Origin: Cyanophyceae cyanobacterium
GTDB taxonomy: Bacteria; Cyanobacteriota; Cyanobacteriia; Cyanobacteriales; Laspinemataceae
NCBI GenBank assembly: GCA_038321985.1
Contig: JBBQFN010000028.1
Coordinates: forward strand, 1-64,000
Direction of reading: 5' to 3'
Length of the DNA stretch: 64,000 bases
Within the stretch, counting starts at the first letter, position 1, and every line of letters starts with the position of its first letter. Shown in pieces: positions 50,422-61,346 of the stretch. Both the position numbers and the translations under genes were made by a program. Under the pieces are notes generated by a model. It was not told where the DNA came from. It made no database searches and was given only the letters and a program-made list of their open reading frames with translations.

Positions 50422-51357
50422 ATGACTACTCAGCAACCTATACTGATCACGGGTTCTCATCGTTCGGGAACCACTTGGATAGGAAAAATGCTATCTACTT
50501 CTCCATCAGTTGGTTACATACAAGAACCATTTAATTTAGAGCAGTCTCAGAAGTTTTGTGGTAGATGTGCAGCTCTAATTGATTATTGGTACACTTACGT
50601 TACTGATGAGAATGAAGCCAATTTTTATCTGCCCATTCTAAATACTTTAAATTTTAAATATAACTTATTGGAACAACTCAGAGCAAATACTACTTTTTTG
50701 GACTATGCCATCACCCTAAAAGAGTCTTTAGATTTTTTTAAATTTCGTATCAATAAAGCCGTCCCTTTAGTTAAAGATCCACTAGCTTTTTTTTCTACTG
50801 AATGGCTAGCTCATAGATTTAATATGAAAGTAGTTATTCTTATTCGACATCCAGCAGCTTTTGCAAGTAGTTTAAATAGACTTCACTGGACCTATGACTT
50901 TTCCCATTTTTTGAATCAACCCCTTTTAATAAGAGATTACCTTTATCCTTTCCATGATGAACTTATCAATTTTACCCGCGAAAACCATGACATTATAGAA
51001 CAAGCAATTTTATTATGGAATATCATCTATTCAACGGTTATAAAATACCAGCAAAAACATTCAAACTGGATATTCTTGCGGTATGAAGATATAGCTAGGG
51101 AACCTTTACCGCATTTTTCTAATCTGTTTAATGAGTTAAATTTAGATTTTTCTAAATCAGTTTTATCTACTATTAAAAGTTATTCAGGCAACTCAAATCC
51201 CGTAGAAGTCCCTAAAAGTAGTGCTCGTTTCACTCAGCGTAACAGCAACGAAAATATATGGACTTGGAAGAACAGGTTAAGCGAATTCGATATTGAACGC
51301 ATTAGAAATGGTGTTGCTAAAGTATCAAATGAATTTTATTCGGATGTTGATTGGTAA
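50422..51357 (+). CDS. Sulfotransferase
   Basis: ITGSHRSGTTW (5'-PSB), LVKDP, IRHPAAFASS (3'-PB), LRYED. Confidence 0.88.
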   Translation: MTTQQPILITGSHRSGTTWIGKMLSTSPSVGYIQEPFNLEQSQKFCGRCAALIDYWYTYVTDENEANFYLPILNTLNFKYNLLEQLRANTTFLDYAITLKESLDFFKFRINKAVPLVKDPLAFFSTEWLAHRFNMKVVILIRHPAAFASSLNRLHWTYDFSHFLNQPLLIRDYLYPFHDELINFTRENHDIIEQAILLWNIIYSTVIKYQQKHSNWIFLRYEDIAREPLPHFSNLFNELNLDFSKSVLSTIKSYSGNSNPVEVPKSSARFTQRNSNENIWTWKNRLSEFDIERIRNGVAKVSNEFYSDVDW

Positions 51358-51436
51358 GACTTTATCATAATTCAATTTTTCCTATCAACTATATTTTTTT
51401 CGTTTAGGGGACAACGGGAATATAAGTTATAATAAT

Positions 51437-52435
51437 TCATTGGTTTTGCAGAGTTAGTTTTAGACCTTCTTCTACTGTAAAAGGTGGTTTCCAGTTGAGG
51501 GTATTGCGGATGTAATTGCTGTTAACAACTAGAGAACCCAAGAATCGCTCGATGGCTGACACATTAATAGGGAGGGATCTCCCCAGCAGTTTCTCTCCTA
51601 CATCTCCAAGATGGCCTGCAATTCTCAATAAACTGGGTGGAACTGGCAGCAGATTGCAGGGACAGTCTAAATAGTAAGCTATTTTGCGGATTAGGTCAGG
51701 GGTCGAAAGGTCTTCACCGTCACTTATGAGAAAAGTTTGGTTTTTGGCACTAGGGTGGGTGAGACAGGTGATAATGGCATTTACCAGATTTCCCACATAG
51801 ACGAAGCTGCGACGATTGTTGACTTGCCCAAACGGCAAAACCCAACCCTTTTTGACCAACTTAATTAAGCGTTCCATGTTCCCAGGGTTTCCCTGTCCAT
51901 AAACCAGAGTTGGGCGCAAAATTGTCCAACTCATTTCGCTTTGACTCGCAAGGCTGATTAACGCTTGTTCTGCTGTTAATTTGCTCCGTCCGTAGGGAGT
52001 ATCTGGATGGCAAGGATAGCTTTCATCCAGAGGCTGGTTACTCAAGGTTGTCATTGCCCCAACAGAGCTGAGCAATACAAAATGCTTTACTCCAGCTTGC
52101 ACTGATTGCTGAACAAGATTGGCAGTTCCCTCAGTATTTACTTTAAAAAATTCTGCTTCAGGGTTAGCTACGTTGTCTTCGAGGATATGAGCACGAGCAG
52201 CTAGATGGATTACTGAGTCTATCCCTTCAAGGCAATACTCCCAGTTAGTGTTGCCGTCAATATTGCCAACAGTGATGGCAGTGATAGGAGTCAAAACTTG
52301 GTACGAAGCTGATCGCACTGCTGCCGTCACACACCATGCTTTTTGGCTGAGTACAGGAATCAAGTGGTTTCCGATAAATCCCGTTGAACCTGTTATCAAA
52401 ATATTTCTGTTTTTATTAGACAAATTTCCAGACAT
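51437..52435 (-). CDS. NAD-dependent epimerase/4-keto-sugar reductase (WbpV/WbpK-like)
   Basis: TGSTGFIG, HLAARAH, YGRSK, NRRSFVYVGNL. Start moved to 52435. Confidence 0.9.
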   Translation of the reverse strand: MSGNLSNKNRNILITGSTGFIGNHLIPVLSQKAWCVTAAVRSASYQVLTPITAITVGNIDGNTNWEYCLEGIDSVIHLAARAHILEDNVANPEAEFFKVNTEGTANLVQQSVQAGVKHFVLLSSVGAMTTLSNQPLDESYPCHPDTPYGRSKLTAEQALISLASQSEMSWTILRPTLVYGQGNPGNMERLIKLVKKGWVLPFGQVNNRRSFVYVGNLVNAIITCLTHPSAKNQTFLISDGEDLSTPDLIRKIAYYLDCPCNLLPVPPSLLRIAGHLGDVGEKLLGRSLPINVSAIERFLGSLVVNSNYIRNTLNWKPPFTVEEGLKLTLQNQ

Positions 52436-53222
52436 ATTTATTAAAAAAATAAATAGCTGATTGGATAGTAACCAGTGTAAGTTTCCATGATTTATAAGCA
52501 CCCCGTTCCCAATGATGATATATTAAAACTTTGGGATAAAATACGCTGCGGTATTTTTCTGCCATTCTTAAAGTAATATCTGCATCTTCTAAATACATAA
52601 ATATATTTTCATCAAAAAAGCCAATTTCATCCAGATATTCCCGACGAAAAAGCATAAAACATCCTGATAAGTAGGGAACATCCATTATTGTGTCATAGCC
52701 AGTTTCTCGCATCTCGTACCAATTTAGATAATTTTTCAAACCAAAATACAAGGGCTTAGGTATAAATCTTCGAGCGAACAGCGCTAATATGGTGGGATAA
52801 CGTTTACATAAATATTGAGTTTCACCACTGGGAAAACAAATTTTTGGCTGGATTAGCCCAATATCTTTATTACTATCTAAATAATTGATGAGTTCAACTA
52901 TTACCTGATCATGAAAATATACATCTGGATTCAACACTAGATGATAATCAGCTTTTAGAATCCTTAAAATGGCTAAATTATGAGCTTTTCCAAAACCTAC
53001 GTTTTTACCTTGATTATAAAAGTAATTTACCGTTTGAGATAAATCTTTTTTTTGTTGAAGTTGTCGATTAATCTCCTGGAAAAATTTTTCCAAGTCAGGG
53101 GTAGGAGAATTATCGACTACATACAAATCGACTTCTATGTTTGTATTAAAAAGGGATTCAACAGCTTGACCAAGTAGCTCAGGACTATTTTTATATAAAA
53201 CTAGGGAAGCGCTTAACTTCAT
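52416..53222 (-). CDS. GT2 glycosyltransferase (rhamnosyltransferase-like)
   Basis: VVDNS, N.GFGKAHN, LNPD, LSGCFM, FDENIFMYLEDAD. Confidence 0.88.
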   Translation of the reverse strand: MKLSASLVLYKNSPELLGQAVESLFNTNIEVDLYVVDNSPTPDLEKFFQEINRQLQQKKDLSQTVNYFYNQGKNVGFGKAHNLAILRILKADYHLVLNPDVYFHDQVIVELINYLDSNKDIGLIQPKICFPSGETQYLCKRYPTILALFARRFIPKPLYFGLKNYLNWYEMRETGYDTIMDVPYLSGCFMLFRREYLDEIGFFDENIFMYLEDADITLRMAEKYRSVFYPKVLIYHHWERGAYKSWKLTLVTIQSAIYFFNKYVWKFV

Positions 53223-53278
53223 TTTTAGTTAATCCTTATATTATATAGCTATATTATTAATTTTAAAAATATCGAGGC

Positions 53279-54394
53279 TTATCGTAATGATTCATAGACC
53301 TGTAAAGTTTCTTGGGCACAGTTTTTCCAGCTAAAGTTAGCCGATCTCGCCAGACCCAGGCTTGATAAATCCTTGGCTAGTTGATCGTCGCTTAAGATGC
53401 GTTGCATGGCTTTTGATAAACCTTCAACATCGTCAGGTGCCACCAACAGGGCAGAATTTCCCGCCACCTCAGGCATTGAAGAAACATTAGTTGTAACCAC
53501 AGGGGCACCGCACTGCATTGCTTCTAAAACTGGTAAGCCAAATCCTTCATAGAGAGACGGATAAACAAAGATGCTCGTTCCATTATAAAGTCCAATTAAA
53601 TCTTGCTCTGGCACATAGCCTAAAAAACGCACCCTTTCTTCTAAATTCAAATTTTTAACTTTAGCAAAAATTTCATCGTACATCCAACCCTTTTTTCCAG
53701 CGATCACCAACGGTATATCGGGAAACTTATATGCTAATTTAGCGTAGGCTTCGATGAGTAGGGGGACGTTTTTGCGAGGCTCTAAGGCTCCAACATAGTA
53801 AATATATTTACCAACGGTTAGTTGATAGCGATTGCAAACTTCCTTAACTCGATTGCGAGCTATTACCCCATAATCACTGCTAGCAGCCAAAGGAATAGTA
53901 ATAATTCGCTCGGGCTTAACTCTTAATATTCGCATGACATCTTGGCGAGTGCTTTCCGAAATAGCAATCAATCGTTCCGCCTGGTTAGCACTCCAACGCA
54001 TCATTAAGGGAAAAATAAGTCGTTTGGAAAATTCGTGAAGTTCGGGAAATAATTCAAATGTCATATCGCAAAACGTGACCACTGACTGACACGACTTCAC
54101 TATTGGCATTGTGTAGTGTGGTGAGTGCAAAATTTCAAGCGCCAGCTTTCTAGCCTGCAATGGCAACCCAGTCTGTTCCCAAAGGATCCGTAGTGATCGC
54201 GAAGAAAACGGGATACTGACGAAAGAAAAATTATTTTTTTCTATTCTCCAATCTTCCCTGAGCTTGCTATTAATAAAAATAAAATACTGATTTCGATCAT
54301 CTATTTCTGCTAAAGCATTTACTAAATTGTAAATGTAATTTCCAGCACCCACTCGATTTGGGGGAATTGATGTTGCATCTATACCTATCCGCAT
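53279..54394 (-). CDS. GT4 glycosyltransferase
   Basis: [24 protein letters not shown]. Confidence 0.9.
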   Translation of the reverse strand: MRIGIDATSIPPNRVGAGNYIYNLVNALAEIDDRNQYFIFINSKLREDWRIEKNNFSFVSIPFSSRSLRILWEQTGLPLQARKLALEILHSPHYTMPIVKSCQSVVTFCDMTFELFPELHEFSKRLIFPLMMRWSANQAERLIAISESTRQDVMRILRVKPERIITIPLAASSDYGVIARNRVKEVCNRYQLTVGKYIYYVGALEPRKNVPLLIEAYAKLAYKFPDIPLVIAGKKGWMYDEIFAKVKNLNLEERVRFLGYVPEQDLIGLYNGTSIFVYPSLYEGFGLPVLEAMQCGAPVVTTNVSSMPEVAGNSALLVAPDDVEGLSKAMQRILSDDQLAKDLSSLGLARSANFSWKNCAQETLQVYESLR

Positions 54395-54425
54395 AATTTT
54401 AAATAATAATTTAATAATATTTTCT

Positions 54426-55523
54426 CTAAATTTGAGTTAAATCGATAGCATTTGCTACAATTTCGGCAGTTCGATTCCAATCAAAATATTTTTTTACCTT
54501 TTCTACATAATTAGATTCAATCCTGCTCTTTTTTTGTGCAAGATACTTCATTTGATTGGCCCAAATATCAATATCAAAGTTGTTAAATACTGTAGCTCCA
54601 AATTCGTTAAACTGACTCAATGATGAATTTGCATTAATCAACACTGGAGTTCCCTGTGATAAAGCTTCAATCACTGGTATTCCAAACCCTTCCAATATTG
54701 AAGGAAAAACCATTCCTATAGCTCCTCTATATAAACCAGGAAGTTCTTGATTTTGAATTTTTCCTAAAATAATAATGTCATTACCATATTTGCTGTTAAT
54801 AATATTTTTAAAAATAGCGGAACTCTGCCAAACCTCACCCCCAGTCAGCAACAATTTAGTATTTTCTTCGTCTTTTCCTAGGCCCTCCCGAAATCGTTCA
54901 TAAGATTTTATTAAAAATGTAATATTTTTTTTGGGTTCAAATGTACCTACATGAATAAAATATTGATTAGGAATATTAATTCCATTAATTTTTTTCAAAG
55001 GCATTACTTTTTTTATTTTATATTGTTCTGACAAACCAGGGGGAGCAATAATGATCATTTCTTTGGGAATTTGAAAAGTATTAGCTATGTCCTCAGCAGT
55101 ATAATCAGAAATAGTAAATATATGTTCTGCATTTTTCAAGATTTGTGGAATTGCTTGGAGCGCTATTCTACCTCTCCAGGTTAAATAAGAGGGGTTGTGC
55201 CAACCTCCCAGATCATGCACCGTCACTCCATACTTTCTGCTATAAAATTTTGCGGGTACATTAATATTCGGAAAAATAAAATAATCATCCTTACTGGCTG
55301 CTCTACCCGCCAAAATATTGTTCCATAAAGTATCTCTTAATAAGCCCTCAATAGAACGTTCTAGGCTGCTTTTACCTACTGTTCTAAAGGGACAAGTATG
55401 GGGGATTACCTGTAAAGGCTGAGCTAATTTCATTAAGCGATGGCACAGTTCCCAAGCATAAATAGCAGTTCCAGCAGAGGTATGTGCTAACCCACTTAAA
55501 TCAAAATAGAAGCGTTTGTTCAT
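54426..55523 (-). CDS. GT4 glycosyltransferase
   Basis: GTFEPKKN, FPSILEGFGIPVIEA. Confidence 0.88.
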   Translation of the reverse strand: MNKRFYFDLSGLAHTSAGTAIYAWELCHRLMKLAQPLQVIPHTCPFRTVGKSSLERSIEGLLRDTLWNNILAGRAASKDDYFIFPNINVPAKFYSRKYGVTVHDLGGWHNPSYLTWRGRIALQAIPQILKNAEHIFTISDYTAEDIANTFQIPKEMIIIAPPGLSEQYKIKKVMPLKKINGINIPNQYFIHVGTFEPKKNITFLIKSYERFREGLGKDEENTKLLLTGGEVWQSSAIFKNIINSKYGNDIIILGKIQNQELPGLYRGAIGMVFPSILEGFGIPVIEALSQGTPVLINANSSLSQFNEFGATVFNNFDIDIWANQMKYLAQKKSRIESNYVEKVKKYFDWNRTAEIVANAIDLTQI

Positions 55524-55551
55524 CTTCCTAATATCTCAATATTTTTTATAA

Positions 55552-55758
55552 TTAAATTCCGTATGGATCTGATCCATAATTACCACTGCCAAATCCATTA
55601 CTCTTTTTATTAGTTGGATTTTTTGAGCTTCTAGTTTGAGTGGTTTCCTCAATTTTTATTAATTTTCCTACACTTACTTTTATTCCCGCACCCAATAAAA
55701 CCATCAAAGAAAATCGCCGGCTAACTTTTATATTATTTAAGGATTTATTTAATAACAT
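55552..55758 (-). CDS. Small protein with twin-arginine-like N-terminus and GFG/YG-rich C-terminus
   Basis: ATG ORF fills the gap between co-oriented genes; SRRFSL plus hydrophobic stretch; ends GFGSGNYGSDPYGI. Confidence 0.6.
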   Translation of the reverse strand: MLLNKSLNNIKVSRRFSLMVLLGAGIKVSVGKLIKIEETTQTRSSKNPTNKKSNGFGSGNYGSDPYGI

Positions 55759-55773
55759 TTTTAAGAAAAATTA

Positions 55774-57516
55774 TTATATTTTAATTTTTAATTGTCCATC
55801 AGGAGTACGATATATTTGTCCAGAAGTTAAGCCTATTTTATGCGCTTCAGAATCCCTCCTAGCTACAGGTAAATGGGCGATATCTAGTTGATGGACATTT
55901 TTGGCCTGGTTAACATTTTTAATACTGCTTGCAAAAATATGGCTAGCAATTAATTTACGGATATTACTAACATAGTCATACAATTCCACTTCTAAGCAAT
56001 TTGGTAATATATTACTGGCAATTAAATTTGCATCATGTTGAGCGTTTGTGCTAACCAACTTAGTATTTGTAATTTTAACATTATTGATTGAAGTTCCCTC
56101 AGTTAAGCTGAGAGTCACCGGAGAAAATAGACGGGTTTTTACAGGATACCTAATTTCTATCGTGGAATTATGTATCCCTCCACTGATTTCCAAGCTAGAA
56201 GGTAGTGGATCCTTACCTGCCCGCTGGAGCGATTGTTCAGTAGGAACTAATAAAATTTTAATATCAGCTTGTTCTAAGGAAAAATTTACCTTAAGATATC
56301 CAAAACCTACGGTTAATTGGTTGCCAGCAGATCCTGGCCCCTCAAGCATCCCATGATGGATATATTGGTAAACATCATGTGCCTCTACTGCATAAACATA
56401 ATTGCCTTTAAGCAAGTTTTGGTGAGGCCAAGCGCGCGGTGACATATAAGTATTAAACAAATGTACACAGGCAACTCGATTTAGATATAAACATGGTCTG
56501 TGATAGTCCCAAGCAATTAAAATACAGGTACCTAAAAAGCTAGTAAATATTTGAGAACCTGCATTCCCCGCTAGTAGTTGGATGTGGGGACTAGAAATAC
56601 TAGAAGGTAAGCGGTCGGGATTAAGCCATCTTGTCAAAACCACTGGTAAATTAGCACTTATATTGATGTCAGTATAAGTATGGTGTTCGCCTCCGTAGTT
56701 CCACAGACCTACTGTGCCAATACCATTATTAGCTTTTATATTGCTACTTAAGTATATATGAAGTCCACTAATTCTATATAAATTAGCCCAAGGATGCTTT
56801 TGAGCGCGAGCTATTAAAATAGCAACTGTAGAAGGATTCGCTACATTAACTCCATAAATCGTCAAATCCCTCAAGCAAATTTGATTAGACCCGCTAAAAT
56901 CAAATAGAATTCCTCCTGTAGAAGCATAAATATTCGTGATTTCTCTTCCATCTCCGTGAATGATTAAATTACTATGTTTATTTCTTTCATTATCTGTAGT
57001 AATATTTAATGTCTTAGCGACTAAGTATCGGCCATTGGGAAAATAAACTGCTTTACCAATCCCGTGAGATCCAGAATTTCCTGAATAATCTATAGCAGAT
57101 TGAATGGCATCAGTATCATCGCTACCTTCTAATGTATAAGGGTTATAATCCCCTCTCGCTCCCCAATCTTGTACATTGACAACTCCCGTTTCCGGAATAA
57201 TTTTCCAGGTACTATCATACCACCGGAAAATACTTCCAGTATGTTTGTTAATCCCTGTAAAATTTTTGCTTGGAATAAATGGTTCCCAGTTGGAGTTATT
57301 ATAGCGGTAAATTTTATTATCTTTTTTATTTAAAATAAAATCGCTCGTAGTTATAAATGAAAAATTTTTCACCAAAGAAATTAAATTGTCGGCGTAAACT
57401 ACATCTAATATATTAATTCCTCCAGTTTCATCTAAGGAGACTCGCAGGTAATCATTTAAAATTTTTCCCCATTCTTCAGAATCTTGACCGGGGCTAGGTA
57501 AGCGGTTAGCCATCAT
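55774..57516 (-). CDS. Pectate-lyase-3/GH28-related beta-helix protein, tailspike-like
   Basis: VNVQDWGARGD...DDTDAIQSAID...AVYFPNGRY beta-helix cap; GGAG RBS before ATG 57516. Confidence 0.75.
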   Translation of the reverse strand: MMANRLPSPGQDSEEWGKILNDYLRVSLDETGGINILDVVYADNLISLVKNFSFITTSDFILNKKDNKIYRYNNSNWEPFIPSKNFTGINKHTGSIFRWYDSTWKIIPETGVVNVQDWGARGDYNPYTLEGSDDTDAIQSAIDYSGNSGSHGIGKAVYFPNGRYLVAKTLNITTDNERNKHSNLIIHGDGREITNIYASTGGILFDFSGSNQICLRDLTIYGVNVANPSTVAILIARAQKHPWANLYRISGLHIYLSSNIKANNGIGTVGLWNYGGEHHTYTDINISANLPVVLTRWLNPDRLPSSISSPHIQLLAGNAGSQIFTSFLGTCILIAWDYHRPCLYLNRVACVHLFNTYMSPRAWPHQNLLKGNYVYAVEAHDVYQYIHHGMLEGPGSAGNQLTVGFGYLKVNFSLEQADIKILLVPTEQSLQRAGKDPLPSSLEISGGIHNSTIEIRYPVKTRLFSPVTLSLTEGTSINNVKITNTKLVSTNAQHDANLIASNILPNCLEVELYDYVSNIRKLIASHIFASSIKNVNQAKNVHQLDIAHLPVARRDSEAHKIGLTSGQIYRTPDGQLKIKI

Positions 57517-57554
57517 TGGCAAACTCCAACTTTAAATACATTTTTTAAATACAT

Positions 57555-58598
57555 TTATTTATTGGTTGTTTTGACCATCATTTGGTAGATTTTTTGAGAT
57601 AATTTCAACCTCTGTTCTGAGACAAACCTTTTCCCAAGCATCTTGAAATAACAATCAAGTAAAAATTCCTTAGGCATTGTAATTGCTACTTGTAACAAGT
57701 GTAACAGGGTCAATACAGGGTTTATATAAAGTTTTTTCAAACATGGTCTATCAGTATCGTATCTGAGGATATGACGATCATATTCCTCGGCCAAATCTTT
57801 AAAATTATCTCCTACAGCACCTAACTTTTCAGCAATCCAATCTCGATTTCTTCTATTAATCTTTTGTAATAATTCTCCATATTGTTTTTGCTGCCAAGGT
57901 TGAGATGCCTGCCCTTCGTAGAAACGCCAAGCAGCTTCGATATCATTACAATAAATTATTTTGCCGTATAAACCCAGTTTAATATACCATTCATAGTCTG
58001 CGGCTGAACCTAAATCTTCAGCAAAAGTTTCACCTTGGTTTAAAATACTACTTCTCATTAACAGAGAATGAATACTAGAGTAAATTCCTAGTAAAAAGTA
58101 ACAAGCCACACTACTATCAATCCCCTCAAGCAAGCAAACGGTATTATCGGCAATTTTAAAAAGTGTTTCACCTAGCAAGTTGGCTGGAGTGATATCGCCA
58201 AGTTTTCCGTTGATATCGATAATTCTAGTCCTAGAGGCAACGCATATGGCTGCTGGGTGGGCGGCGAGTCTTTTATGTGCTATTTCCAGCCACTTCCTAT
58301 CCCAAACATCATCGCTAGTGAGAATACAAAAGTAAGAGTTTGTTACTTTTGACAAACCAAAATTCCAACTTTGATACAAACCCTGTCGGGGTATTTGATA
58401 AATTTCAAATCGGCTATCATTTTTTGCATAGGCTTGAATAATTTCCCAAGAACCGTCCTCAGAAAATCCATCAACTACAATGCAGCGCCAATGTTTATAA
58501 GTTTGACTTAATAAGGAAAATAAGCATTCGGCTATATATAGTCCTTTATTGTAGTTAGGAACTATAACATCTATCACTTCACTTGTTCGTTTTTTCAT
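57555..58598 (-). CDS. GT2 glycosyltransferase
   Basis: VIVPNYN, VVDGFSEDGS, WNFGL, TSDD. Confidence 0.88.
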   Translation of the reverse strand: MKKRTSEVIDVIVPNYNKGLYIAECLFSLLSQTYKHWRCIVVDGFSEDGSWEIIQAYAKNDSRFEIYQIPRQGLYQSWNFGLSKVTNSYFCILTSDDVWDRKWLEIAHKRLAAHPAAICVASRTRIIDINGKLGDITPANLLGETLFKIADNTVCLLEGIDSSVACYFLLGIYSSIHSLLMRSSILNQGETFAEDLGSAADYEWYIKLGLYGKIIYCNDIEAAWRFYEGQASQPWQQKQYGELLQKINRRNRDWIAEKLGAVGDNFKDLAEEYDRHILRYDTDRPCLKKLYINPVLTLLHLLQVAITMPKEFLLDCYFKMLGKRFVSEQRLKLSQKIYQMMVKTTNK

Positions 58599-58625
58599 GA
58601 GTCAATAGGGATCAATTGCCTATTT

Positions 58626-60005
58626 TTAAATGTTTTTTCGACGGGATATAGAATTAATCATTAAATGCCCCCCTAGTAAAAAAAGATTAATAAAATTCGA
58701 GAAAAAACTAAAAGGTCCAGCAGCAGGCGTGAGTATGAGAGATATGGTAAGAATTGAAATTCCTGTAGATTTAATAATAGATCCACTTTTAGATATTCGG
58801 CCATAGATCCAACCAATAGCACAGCCTGTAATACCCGCTATGATAAGTGCGCCAACATAACCAAAGTCAAGAATCATATTACCTGGGCTACCATACCATC
58901 CAGTAAGCATAGTCAATGATTCTTTCTCGCCGATTTCTTGAACTTTGTAAAGGTTATTTCTTGCTAGTTCAGCTACCCCTACATCTAAATTTAATTGACT
59001 TAAAATTCTATGAATTGGAAAAAAATTTCTGAGACCCCAAGTAAATATACCTTTTTCTAAAACAATATTAGTGACTATTCCCCCATGAACAATAGTTGAT
59101 CCCGCATAAATAGAAATAAGTGATATTGTCGTAACAATTGATTCGGGCAACTTTTCCAGAATTATAAACCACGGCTTTCTCTCCAAACCAATTTGAGGAA
59201 AAAAACTTTCAATCACTACATATCCTGGTAAAGAGTTAGAACTACTACGAATATTAGTTATGGTTATAATTAGAGCGATTATTAATAAGGCAATTACTAT
59301 AATAATTTTCTTCGTTTTTTTGCTTTGTAAGCGTAAATTTACTGTATTTTGATATGTCATATTTTGATATGTTATATATATAGGAATTATAATAGGAATT
59401 ACACTTAGCACTAAGCGAGTTCTGGATGCCGTTAAAAATGAATAAATAAATGAACATAAAACTAAAACAAATATCCTTATGTAGTATTTTTTGGGTTGGA
59501 GAACTGCATGAGAAATTAGAACTGCAGTAGCTATCTGGATAAAGCTAGTAGTTATATTTATAATTATAAAATTGACAATATTAAATGAGCTACTAGCGGC
59601 ACTAACCTCATTTTGATAGTTTTCAGCAATTTGTTCTGGATTAAAACCTCCAGCCATCAGAGGTAACAGCAACAGAGCATAAAAGCCAATTAGTGTTAAG
59701 TACCAAATATAGGATTTTTTTTCAATTAAAAAATTGATGGATTTAGCTGATTTTTTTTTACCTTTGAAGGTACCTAATATAGTCCCTCCTACAAAAACAC
59801 AAGTAATTAACCCATAAATATAATAATAAGAAGACAAAAGGGGGTAATTATAGCGGTAAGGGCCAAAAGCAAAAATGAAAAATAGACCTCCATTGATGAA
59901 AAGATAGATAAACCCAGGGTGCAAAAATTCACCTTTGCTAGCCCATTTTCTGAAAGCAATTAACAGTAAACCTAGTAATATAGAAGCAGATAACTGTATA
60001 GCCAT
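58626..60005 (-). CDS. wzy: Putative Wzy polysaccharide polymerase
   Basis: Polytopic membrane protein with ASR..L and DFGY.G motifs, located among glycosyltransferase genes. Confidence 0.7.
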   Translation of the reverse strand: MAIQLSASILLGLLLIAFRKWASKGEFLHPGFIYLFINGGLFFIFAFGPYRYNYPLLSSYYYIYGLITCVFVGGTILGTFKGKKKSAKSINFLIEKKSYIWYLTLIGFYALLLLPLMAGGFNPEQIAENYQNEVSAASSSFNIVNFIIINITTSFIQIATAVLISHAVLQPKKYYIRIFVLVLCSFIYSFLTASRTRLVLSVIPIIIPIYITYQNMTYQNTVNLRLQSKKTKKIIIVIALLIIALIITITNIRSSSNSLPGYVVIESFFPQIGLERKPWFIILEKLPESIVTTISLISIYAGSTIVHGGIVTNIVLEKGIFTWGLRNFFPIHRILSQLNLDVGVAELARNNLYKVQEIGEKESLTMLTGWYGSPGNMILDFGYVGALIIAGITGCAIGWIYGRISKSGSIIKSTGISILTISLILTPAAGPFSFFSNFINLFLLGGHLMINSISRRKNI

Positions 60006-60088
60006 TGTAAAAAATTAATTGTTGCCAGAACTCATTAAATAAAAATCCAAAAATATTTTGTCTGGCCTCGCCATTTTCAACATAATTT

Positions 60089-61201
60089 TCATAACAAGGA
60101 GGAGTAGATAGATGCCGTTTTATGTGCCGATTTATCCCAGGAAAACTGTTTGATTCTTTCTTTTGCCCGTCCTCTCAAAGTTTTTTGTCTATCTTCTGAA
60201 TACAAAACTCGTTCTAAAGCAGTACAAATGCTTTCCGGATAATAGGGGTCGAATAACTCAGCAGCGTTCCCAACTACTTCTGGAAGAGAACTATTATTGC
60301 TGCAAATAACTGGGCAATCAAATGACATAGCTTCTAGGGGGGGAATACCGAATCCTTCATAAAGTGAAGGATAGACAAAGGCTGATGCTTTGCTATAAAG
60401 ATAAGCCAAGATAGTATCATCTCCAGATATCTGGATAACTCTATCTTCTGACAAACCCAGATTTTTTATCATCTCTAACTCTTTTTTAGATAATTTTCCT
60501 CCACCAAAACACAATATATTAAAATCTTGTTTTAAATAAGATGAAATAGCATACGATTCGACTAAACGCTGAAAATTTTTATATTCTAATCGCTGGCCTA
60601 CATAAAGAATGTATGGTTGAGTAGTTAAGTTTATTTTTAGTGATAGAGGTTTTAGATTATTTGAGTCAATTGAAGATGCTAAATAGGTGACAGATATTTT
60701 CTTTGGATCTAGATTAGGATAACAATCTAATAAATCTTTTTTTGTATTTTCAGAAATACAAATGATATGGTCAGCTTGATTGACAGCCAGAGATTTGGCT
60801 TGACAAATTTCGTTTGTGTTAGAAAAAAAGTGGGGAAATTTTTCATAAATCATGTCATAAATTGTAATAATTATTTTTGAAGTTTTTTTTAAGACTTTTT
60901 TATTTGAATAATAAGTTTGATGAACAATTTGAGGATGATAATTTGTCCCACAAAATTTTGATAATTCATTATTAAAAAAAAGCCTAATCCTCCAAGTTCT
61001 CGGAATAGGGGGTAAGTGAAAACCAACAACTAAATTTTTAGGAGACTCTATCAAATATTGGTTAATATAAGCACCAGCAATAATTTTAACATCAAAGCCA
61101 TTAATTTTAGCAATTCGCGGAGCAAGTTCACAAAAATATCGAGATATTCCGCCATACTCCTGAAAATAAAAAATTTGGTAATCATAAGCTATCCGTAGCA
61201 T
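60089..61201 (-). CDS. GT4 glycosyltransferase
   Basis: [26 protein letters not shown]. Confidence 0.9.
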   Translation of the reverse strand: MLRIAYDYQIFYFQEYGGISRYFCELAPRIAKINGFDVKIIAGAYINQYLIESPKNLVVGFHLPPIPRTWRIRLFFNNELSKFCGTNYHPQIVHQTYYSNKKVLKKTSKIIITIYDMIYEKFPHFFSNTNEICQAKSLAVNQADHIICISENTKKDLLDCYPNLDPKKISVTYLASSIDSNNLKPLSLKINLTTQPYILYVGQRLEYKNFQRLVESYAISSYLKQDFNILCFGGGKLSKKELEMIKNLGLSEDRVIQISGDDTILAYLYSKASAFVYPSLYEGFGIPPLEAMSFDCPVICSNNSSLPEVVGNAAELFDPYYPESICTALERVLYSEDRQKTLRGRAKERIKQFSWDKSAHKTASIYSSLL

Positions 61202-61346
61202 TTATCCTCCTTAGGTGATGTATTTATAGTGTTTCTCATATTTATGAAGGTATAGATTTTTTTTGGATGGCATCGCACGAATGCTATCTTTGGCTTTCTC
61301 CTCTCTCATAAATTTGAAAGTCTCAACATATTTTTTACTTACATAA

